DNA of 64,000 nt, taken from positions 2,072 through 66,071 of the IMG/VR virus record IMGVR_UViG_3300028557_000038; one strand, given 5' to 3'. This DNA is from a virus (taxonomy: Duplodnaviria > Caudoviricetes). A program made the translations under genes and the position numbers. Positions 9,663 to 15,875 of the stretch are shown here, piece after piece; position 1 is the stretch's first letter, and each line of letters begins with the position of its first letter. The notes below the pieces were generated by a model that saw only the letters and a list, made by a program, of their open reading frames with translations, made no database searches and was not told the origin of the DNA.

Positions 9663-10366
9663 TGAGTTACTTCTTAGATCGATTCGTAGCAATTCAAGAT
9701 AAGTATTACAACAACTATCAAGGCGGTACTCACTACTCACTATGGTGGCGAACTAAACGATTCGATCGCATGGTCGAGTTAAAACAGATGCCTAACACTT
9801 ATCAAGAGATTGAATACAAAGGGCATTCAATCATTGTGCAAGGCATTCACTACGAGTGGTGTCACATCTTCGATGTAAATGGAAACTCATTCACCCACAC
9901 ACCAAAGCCAACAGAGATCGCAACTCGTGGTGAACTGCAATTCAACACGATCTTTCTTGCATGGGCTTGGCGCATTGACGGAGTAAATACAGATAAGCCG
10001 TTGAACTGGAATAGTGAGTATGCAGTTATTTGCGGTAGTCACACATCAGACAAGATCGAGAAAACAATTAAACTCGCAAAGAAGCGCATTGATCTTGAAG
10101 CAAAGATCGTTGCGGTTCAAGATCAACTGATTGCTATGTCTAATGATCGAATGACTTACGCATCAAACATGAGTGACTTCACTCCATACAATTCTGTAAT
10201 TGGTGATGAAGTGTTTATTCAGGCGTTCGGTCGATTGCGTAAAGGGTTAATCGTTGAGACAACTGGTTCACGATTCATCGTTGCCTATGTAACGCCGTCT
10301 AATCATGACGATCTGAAATACAAAACACTTCCACTTAGTCGCTTATACCAAAAGGAGATTGCGTGA
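9662..10366 (+). CDS. Hypothetical protein
   Basis: 234 aa, TAATG coupling. Confidence 0.75.
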   Translation: MSYFLDRFVAIQDKYYNNYQGGTHYSLWWRTKRFDRMVELKQMPNTYQEIEYKGHSIIVQGIHYEWCHIFDVNGNSFTHTPKPTEIATRGELQFNTIFLAWAWRIDGVNTDKPLNWNSEYAVICGSHTSDKIEKTIKLAKKRIDLEAKIVAVQDQLIAMSNDRMTYASNMSDFTPYNSVIGDEVFIQAFGRLRKGLIVETTGSRFIVAYVTPSNHDDLKYKTLPLSRLYQKEIA

Positions 10367-10839
10367 CAACTAAGAGCAGAAAGTCTGCTAAAACTTTACA
10401 AAGAGAAGCAGACTTAGCACTTGGCGTACAACAATGCGCTAAGTGTGATCATGTGTTTCCACTAAGTAACTTTCGATCTGCAAAAACTAAATCAGGAGTT
10501 ACTTCGTACTGCAAACCTTGCGAAGAGCAATACAAGTTTGAATGGCACTTGAAGCGCAGATTAGAGATCAAGAACTGGATTTATCACCACTTGAAAACTA
10601 ATCCTTGCGTTGATTGTGGCGAGAGCGATGTACTCGCACTCGACTTCGACCATGTAAAGAGCGCAAGAAAGCGTTACAACATCGCTCATGCTTTCATGAT
10701 AAGTGGCATGACGATCAAGCGATTACAAACTGAGATCGCAAAATGCGATGTCCGTTGCGGTAAGTGCCACAGAATCCGTACACACATGGCGAGTAAGTCA
10801 TGGAAATACCGAATGGCTATTGAGAAGGGAGATGCTTAA
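10363..10839 (+). CDS. HNH endonuclease
   Basis: CVDCGE...LDFDHV...EIAKCDVRCGKCHRIRT. Confidence 0.8.
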   Translation: MTTKSRKSAKTLQREADLALGVQQCAKCDHVFPLSNFRSAKTKSGVTSYCKPCEEQYKFEWHLKRRLEIKNWIYHHLKTNPCVDCGESDVLALDFDHVKSARKRYNIAHAFMISGMTIKRLQTEIAKCDVRCGKCHRIRTHMASKSWKYRMAIEKGDA

Positions 10840-11010
10840 TTGTTAACTCGTAGAGGTTGGATAGTGCTGGTAATTGTTCCTGCATTGATCTTGGTATCGC
10901 TATTTACTTATGCAACTCGTGATGTCTGCTATGTGGGCAAGGGTGGCAACTGGTTGGGCTATGGCTCATGTACAAAGATGATCGATGAAGTGATTGGAGA
11001 AAATAAATGA
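10840..11010 (+). CDS. Small membrane protein
   Basis: TTG start, MLTRRGWIVLVIVPALILVSLF; same LTRRG+TM start as the transglycosylase. Confidence 0.55.
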   Translation: MLTRRGWIVLVIVPALILVSLFTYATRDVCYVGKGGNWLGYGSCTKMIDEVIGENK

Positions 11011-11225
11011 TCGCAACAGTTAAAGAGACGATCGAGATTCTGCAAAGAAACTACGGCAACGCACTTGATGAAACGCTGGTAGTTACTTGGTGGGATTCGA
11101 AAGATTTCGAAGAAATGACAGATGATGCAATTAACATCTGTGATGATGCACTTGATGTCTGTGTTGGTCATGTCAACGACACAGTATGGCAAAACGCAAA
11201 GATGTTAAATGAAGGAGAAGAATAA
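11007..11225 (+). CDS. Acidic hypothetical protein
   Basis: ORF track, ATGA overlap. Confidence 0.6.
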   Translation: MIATVKETIEILQRNYGNALDETLVVTWWDSKDFEEMTDDAINICDDALDVCVGHVNDTVWQNAKMLNEGEE

Positions 11226-11390
11226 ATGGGATACGCACAGATCATTCGTAGGGTAGAAGCCCACGAACTAACTAATTGCGATGATTGCGGAAATGACGAA
11301 CTTACTTCATCAGGTAAGTACATAACTGATTCAAGCGGTGAACCTGCTTTGTGGTTCTGCTTTAACTGCATTCATAAAACAACAAGATAG
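11226..11390 (+). CDS. Small zinc-ribbon protein
   Basis: CDDC...WFCFNC. Confidence 0.55.
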   Translation: MGYAQIIRRVEAHELTNCDDCGNDELTSSGKYITDSSGEPALWFCFNCIHKTTR

Positions 11391-11394
11391 ATTT

Positions 11395-11515
11395 ATCGAG
11401 CAGGGGTCAACATAGGGTTCAATCGGGTTAATTCATTTCCCGACTCCTTACCTGTGAAGGGCGATCATGATCGCATTCGATAGTTACGGCGTAGTCGTAC
11501 CTGCCCCTGCTTGAT
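11395..11515 (+). ncRNA. Multibranch structured RNA element A
   Basis: Closing stem ATCGAGCAGGGG/CCCCTGCTTGAT encloses TCGGG/CCCGA, CCTT/AAGG, GCGATC/GATCGC and TACGGC/GTCGTA hairpins. Confidence 0.6.
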
Positions 11516-11522
11516 TCCACTA

Positions 11523-11649
11523 TTGATAGAGATCATCGACACCTAGCAGATCGGCGATCTGTAAAGATGTTATGAAAATCTTGCAAGATCGCTGGTGCAA
11601 CGAAAGATCAGCGCACGACATCGTCCTACTTCTCGATGATCTCTATCAA
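11523..11649 (+). ncRNA. Multibranch structured RNA element B
   Basis: Perfect 17-bp inverted repeat TTGATAGAGATCATCGA/TCGATGATCTCTATCAA enclosing several small hairpins. Confidence 0.6.
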
Positions 11650-11677
11650 CTATTTAATTACCTAGAGAGGATTACAC

Positions 11678-11851
11678 ATGGAAACTGCACGACTATTTAC
11701 AGTAGAAGAAAAGAATCTGATACTTCTTGCACGATTTGCACATGGTGAATCGTTGCAGAGCGTTGCTGATCGATTCGGTACAACTCGTAAACTAATTCGT
11801 CAATTAGAAAGCAATTACATGAAAATAATGAAAGGGGAAGTAAATGAGTGA
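11678..11851 (+). CDS. Stand-alone sigma-70 region 4-like HTH protein
   Basis: Not in ORF track; LILLARFAHGESLQSVADRFGTTRKLIRQLE parallels sigma r4.2 (LRF..TLEEVG..FGVTRERIRQIE); GAGG RBS. Confidence 0.65.
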   Translation: METARLFTVEEKNLILLARFAHGESLQSVADRFGTTRKLIRQLESNYMKIMKGEVNE

Positions 11852-12185
11852 ACTATCATCACACCAAACTGATCTGATTAAATCGATCACGATCGCTAAT
11901 GAGTTTCTAAAGATTGTTCGTGGATTTAAGGTTGATTCAGATCGCAAAGATTCTCTTCCGCAAGAGATAAAGGAGTATCTAGCCAACGAATACTTGAACT
12001 CTGTTATGGAAGATCAGGAGATTGAACCCGAAATGCTTATTTGGGGATTCCTGCACATGATCGAGATTCTCTTGAAGTATGCAGACCTAGACCCCGAAGA
12101 TTTAACGAATGTCATGGATTCATTTGTTAAGTATGTGATTGAAAATCCTGATCAGTATTCAGATCGGAGTACAGATGAAAACTGA
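11844..12185 (+). CDS. Hypothetical protein
   Basis: ORF track, operon packing. Confidence 0.65.
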   Translation: MSELSSHQTDLIKSITIANEFLKIVRGFKVDSDRKDSLPQEIKEYLANEYLNSVMEDQEIEPEMLIWGFLHMIEILLKYADLDPEDLTNVMDSFVKYVIENPDQYSDRSTDEN

Positions 12186-12450
12186 GATCAAGAATGCACC
12201 ATGTCAATCAGCAGGTGTTGACCCTGAATTATTCTTTCCTGACCCAACAGAGTACGAAAAGATTCAACAAGCAAAGTCAATCTGTGGTCAATGTCCTGAG
12301 ATCACAAAGAATAAGTGTCTGACATTCGCACTTGAAAACGGAGTGCAGTACGGAATCTTCGGTGGATTAACAGATCACGATAGAGCCCTGCTACGCCGTA
12401 GAGAGAACCGAAAGTATCGTCAGTATGTATCGGTAGTAGGTGAGTACTAA
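12175..12450 (+). CDS. whiB: WhiB-family transcription factor
   Basis: C...DPELFFP...AKSICGQCP...CL..AL...GIFGGLT. Confidence 0.9.
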   Translation: MKTEIKNAPCQSAGVDPELFFPDPTEYEKIQQAKSICGQCPEITKNKCLTFALENGVQYGIFGGLTDHDRALLRRRENRKYRQYVSVVGEY

Positions 12451-12572
12451 TGGAGTACGCAAAAAATCAAGTAGTGATAGAAGTCAATGGTGGCGTTGCA
12501 GAAGTTACTTGTTGCCCTAGTGACATTGAAGTAGTAATTATTGATTACGACAACGACATGAATGGAGATTAA
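12450..12572 (+). CDS. Small hypothetical protein
   Basis: MEYAKNQVVIEVNGGVAEV...VIIDYD, TAATG coupling. Confidence 0.5.
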   Translation: MEYAKNQVVIEVNGGVAEVTCCPSDIEVVIIDYDNDMNGD

Positions 12573-12574
12573 GA

Positions 12575-12784
12575 ATGATGAATCCAAATGACATAGTGCT
12601 ATTCACTCGTGAAGAAGCAGATCAATTAGTTAGGAGAGTTCTTACTGATGATGAGTGGTTAAAGATCAGAGAGTGGATTACTTCTGACGATAATCTGTGG
12701 GAAGTGATCGATGAATGTATTCAGAACACAATTAGTGAGGTGATTACCGATGAAGATCAACAAGAAACTGGTGAATCGAATTGA
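12575..12784 (+). CDS. Acidic hypothetical protein
   Basis: ORF track. Confidence 0.55.
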   Translation: MMNPNDIVLFTREEADQLVRRVLTDDEWLKIREWITSDDNLWEVIDECIQNTISEVITDEDQQETGESN

Positions 12785-12972
12785 AGGACTGGCTCACTAC
12801 TACCGACATCGCACAACAAACAGGGCTAAAGATCAACACGATCTACACCTATCGAAAGCGCAACACCCTTCCCGAACCCGATCACATGATCGGCAATCGA
12901 CCACTATGGAAGCAAGAAACAATCGATGAGTGGAACACTTATCGAACAACTCAAATCGAAATGGAGAAATAA
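12781..12972 (+). CDS. AlpA/excisionase-like HTH protein
   Basis: WLTTTDIAQQTGLKINTIYTYRKRNTLPEPD..IGNRPLW. Confidence 0.8.
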   Translation: MKDWLTTTDIAQQTGLKINTIYTYRKRNTLPEPDHMIGNRPLWKQETIDEWNTYRTTQIEMEK

Positions 12973-12975
12973 TCT

Positions 12976-13203
12976 ATGGTTGCAAATGTAATCAGTAGCG
13001 AAACATCATCAACAACTCATGTGATCGAGTTTCCAATGAATGGAAACACTTTCACCGCCAAAGTATTTATTGGTGAGTGGGGCGTTGATGTCGATTGGTT
13101 TATTGGTGAGGACTTTATTGCGATCGATGATCGCTGGAAGGTTCTGCCAACTGAACTCTATGATCTCGATGATTCAGATTGGGAAGAGATTCTCTATCCA
13201 TAA
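12976..13203 (+). CDS. Acidic hypothetical protein
   Basis: ORF track; last gene before trailer and terminator. Confidence 0.6.
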   Translation: MVANVISSETSSTTHVIEFPMNGNTFTAKVFIGEWGVDVDWFIGEDFIAIDDRWKVLPTELYDLDDSDWEEILYP

Positions 13204-13249
13204 CTAACTCTTAGCCCTGATCTGGGGCGATTAGGAGTTACTTCAAGCG

Positions 13250-13284
13250 CACATAAGCAGATTCCCTAAGCCCATAGTCACTAT
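13250..13284 (+). ncRNA. Trailer complementary to the leader RNA
   Basis: 13250-13261 = revcomp 4458-4469; 13262-13273 = revcomp 4329-4340; 13275-13284 = revcomp 4103-4112. Confidence 0.7.
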
Positions 13285-13286
13285 TC

Positions 13287-13321
13287 GCCCCTAGCCCCCG
13301 ATCGGGCTAGGGGCTTTTTTT
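13287..13321 (+). terminator. Intrinsic terminator of early operon
   Basis: GCCCCTAGCCC-ccgatc-GGGCTAGGGGC followed by T7. Confidence 0.9.
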
Positions 13322-13330
13322 GCATTCGAA

Positions 13331-13362
13331 GTTACTGGCGAGTAACATTACTCATCAGTAAC
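13331..13362. promoter_or_regulatory. Tandem inverted-repeat sites upstream of recombinase
   Basis: GTTACTggcgAGTAAC followed directly by ATTACTcatcAGTAAC (TTACT-N4-AGTAA twice). Confidence 0.55.
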
Positions 13363-13377
13363 ATGAAAGGGGGAATC

Positions 13378-14640
13378 ATGGCTTATGTCGTAAAGCGTGG
13401 AGATAGGTTTACAGGCTATTACAGAAAGGGCGGAAAACGCCTCTCAGCAGGTACATGGGGCTCGGAGATCGATGCCATGTATCACGCCTCAAAAGCAGAG
13501 GTATCGGGTGTCAGCGAGCCTTCTAGGGCTGTATTTACCCTATCGACCTACATCGATTCATGGTTACCGACCGCCGATCTCATGCCGATCACTCGCAAGG
13601 GCTATCGGTCAGTACTCGATCGCTATGTGATTCCGACTCTTGGAACTCGCAAAGTAACTTCGATCGATAGACGGGCGATTCAAGAGTTACTTCAAGCCCT
13701 CAGGGGTCAGGGGGTGGGGTCTGCCACCCTCAATCAGATCAAGGCATCGCTAGGGTCTGCCCTGTCTCAGTTAGTCGATACAGGAGAATTGACCGAGAAC
13801 CCCACTCATGGAATTAAGATCAAGGCGAAACATTCTGACATCTCGAATGTCGTAGAGCCCGAAGAGTTTAAGGCGATTATTCAGCACCTACCGACCGAAG
13901 GGGCTCAGTTATTCGCCCGATTCTTAGTCGCATCAGGTTGCCGATTCGGGGAAGCCACCGAGATCAGGGTCAAGGACATCAACCTAAAGACAGGGGAAGT
14001 CTATGTCCAAAGGCGAGTCAGCGATCTAGGTACAAGCCATACCAGCAGGTTTCTAGTCGTAGAAGCCACAAAGTCAGGGCAAAAGCGAAGCCTTATGTTA
14101 AGCAAAGCCCTACTACAAGAGATTCAGGGCTATGTCATAGCAAAAGCCCTATCAAAAGATGACCTGTTGTTCCCAAGAACGATCATCTTAACAACAGGTA
14201 AACTAAAGACTTCTCGTGGAGAAATGTCTAAGCGACCATTCGCCCAAGACGGAAAACTGTTCCAGCATGGAACTCTGTACGCCTATACACATGGGCGTTG
14301 CCGATGTGAGGCTTGTCGAGAGTCGGTGCGAAAGCACAGGCAAAAGACAAAGCCATACCAAAAGCAACAGAGATTCATCGACCATACGAGTCACCTACCA
14401 CGAGATGTATGGAGAACTACATGGAACAAGGCAATAGCCAAGTCAGGCATCGGTTGGAGTCCTAGAACCCATGATCTCAGACACGCTAACGCTACCCAAC
14501 TTCTAAAAAGTGGGGTAGATGTGCATGAGGTCAAGGAACGCTTAGGGCATCAGTCGATAAAGACGACAGAGCGATACCTACATCGCCTTCGTCACAACCA
14601 GTCAAAGGCATCAGAAAGTGTCAATGACTTTTTGGAGTGA
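13378..14640 (+). CDS. int: Tyrosine recombinase/integrase with Cys-rich insertion
   Basis: GCRFGE (R), TKSG (K), HDLRH, LGH, TTERY; insertion HGTLYAYTHGRCRCEACR. Confidence 0.9.
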   Translation: MAYVVKRGDRFTGYYRKGGKRLSAGTWGSEIDAMYHASKAEVSGVSEPSRAVFTLSTYIDSWLPTADLMPITRKGYRSVLDRYVIPTLGTRKVTSIDRRAIQELLQALRGQGVGSATLNQIKASLGSALSQLVDTGELTENPTHGIKIKAKHSDISNVVEPEEFKAIIQHLPTEGAQLFARFLVASGCRFGEATEIRVKDINLKTGEVYVQRRVSDLGTSHTSRFLVVEATKSGQKRSLMLSKALLQEIQGYVIAKALSKDDLLFPRTIILTTGKLKTSRGEMSKRPFAQDGKLFQHGTLYAYTHGRCRCEACRESVRKHRQKTKPYQKQQRFIDHTSHLPRDVWRTTWNKAIAKSGIGWSPRTHDLRHANATQLLKSGVDVHEVKERLGHQSIKTTERYLHRLRHNQSKASESVNDFLE

Positions 14641-15236
14641 TGATGAAACTAACAAGAAGAGGCAAGATCGTATTCGGATCGCTATTTACGGCGATCTTCG
14701 TAGCAAGTGGGATAGTGGTACTGCCACCAGCCTTCAGCCCTACGCAAGCCGAAGCACAGATCAAGCAGAAGCAATACCAAAAGCAATACCAAGAGAGAGC
14801 CCTAGCCAAGTACGAGAACGCAGATAGTCTGACCAAGACAGAGTTAGTCGATCTGCTTCACGCAGTTGGATTCAAGGGAGAAGCCTTACGCCATGCGTGG
14901 GCAATCGTCATGAAAGAATCTCGTGGCAACCCTCTCTCCCATAATGGCAACCGAGATACAGGAGACAACTCATTCGGGTTGTTCCAGATCAACATGGTTG
15001 ACTCATTAGGGCAAGATCGTAGGGAAAAGTTCAGTTTGGAGTACAACGCCCAACTGTTGAACCCTGTGGTTAATGCCAAGATTGCTTATCACATGAGCAA
15101 GCAAGGCGATAACTGGGTAGCGTGGAAAGGTGTTAACAATCCTGTAGTCAGGAAGTGGTTAGCACAGTTTCCCGAAGCCCAAGCAAAAGCAATAGCAAAA
15201 GCGAAAGCCAAAGCAATAGGACAAGCAACAGAGTAA
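14637..15236 (+). CDS. Membrane-anchored lytic transglycosylase (lysozyme-like)
   Basis: N-terminal TM; AIVMKESRGNP...DNSFGLFQIN...NAKIAYHM...W.AW. Confidence 0.8.
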   Translation: MMMKLTRRGKIVFGSLFTAIFVASGIVVLPPAFSPTQAEAQIKQKQYQKQYQERALAKYENADSLTKTELVDLLHAVGFKGEALRHAWAIVMKESRGNPLSHNGNRDTGDNSFGLFQINMVDSLGQDRREKFSLEYNAQLLNPVVNAKIAYHMSKQGDNWVAWKGVNNPVVRKWLAQFPEAQAKAIAKAKAKAIGQATE

Positions 15237-15247
15237 GCAATAGGAGA

Positions 15248-15271
15248 AGCCCCGTCAGAAATGGCGGGGCT
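15248..15271. terminator. Hairpin / probable terminator
   Basis: AGCCCCGTCA-GAAA-TGGCGGGGCT after the transglycosylase; weak U-tract. Confidence 0.55.
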
Positions 15272-15333
15272 ATCTTCGAAGTAACTCTACCTGGCGGCCA
15301 GGTTAGTTAGTTAGTTACTCAAAGGGGAGCAAG

Positions 15334-15822
15334 ATGGCAGCAGGTTATCCAGTTCCACATGAGCGTGATCATGTGATGAGCAGTACAGCAAAGCCATACC
15401 AGAAGCCACACCAGAAGCAAGGGCAGTTCCCAAAGCCATACCAGAAGCAACACCAACAAGGTTGGCAACAACCTGAGTTACCTTTTGATGACAAGCCTTG
15501 GCGTGAACACCCTCTTACTGATACTGAGATAGAAGAACTCTTTTGGCGCAAATTAGTTCAGTTGGGTTGGAGAATCCATACCTACCCTAGTGGCGGTCAA
15601 GATAGAAAGAACATCGTGTTACCTTGTCCTGATTGTAATAGGAAGATAGACATGTATCCATGGGACTGGGTCTCCAAGGCAGATGCAAGCAAGATGTCAA
15701 GTGCAGAGTATGTCAAGAAAAGAATTAAAGACCATGAGGCTGATTGCAAAGCCTCACTAGAAGCATGTTACAAGTGCCAAGGTCAAGGCATCCTGCAATC
15801 AGGAGAAGAGTGCGATTGCTAA
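15334..15822 (+). CDS. Hypothetical Cys-rich protein
   Basis: GGGGAG RBS; CPDC and CYKC...ECDC motifs; KPYQK repeats. Confidence 0.6.
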   Translation: MAAGYPVPHERDHVMSSTAKPYQKPHQKQGQFPKPYQKQHQQGWQQPELPFDDKPWREHPLTDTEIEELFWRKLVQLGWRIHTYPSGGQDRKNIVLPCPDCNRKIDMYPWDWVSKADASKMSSAEYVKKRIKDHEADCKASLEACYKCQGQGILQSGEECDC

Positions 15823-15875
15823 AGCAATAGCAAAAGCCCTACCAAAAGGCAGGGCTTCCGCTTTGTATTGCTAGA

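Larger units (their letters stand above)
14034..15850 (+). repeat. Field of degenerate ~12-bp repeats, consensus AAAGC(C/A)(A/C)TA(C/G)CA
   Basis: Copies near 14034, 14104, 14143, 14349, 14769, 14781, 15186, 15210, 15390, 15432, 15821, 15833, in different reading frames and intergenic DNA. Confidence 0.7.

Noticed and set aside
11395-11649. tRNA genes
   Set aside because: No T-loop or D-loop consensus or cloverleaf of tRNA size; I saw no tRNA or rRNA gene in the window.
4103-13284. Group I intron (GACUA/UAGUC P7-like pairing)
   Set aside because: No recognisable P3-P4-P6 core or interrupted gene, and a terminator follows directly; not supportable without covariance-model search.
2723-15288. 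Definite integrated satellite or ICE
   Set aside because: No convincing att duplication at the boundaries, and it shares a paralogue and motifs with the rest of the phage; kept only as an alternative.
14034-15850. CRISPR array or simple protein repeat
   Set aside because: Units are ~12 bp, degenerate, irregularly spaced and read in different frames.
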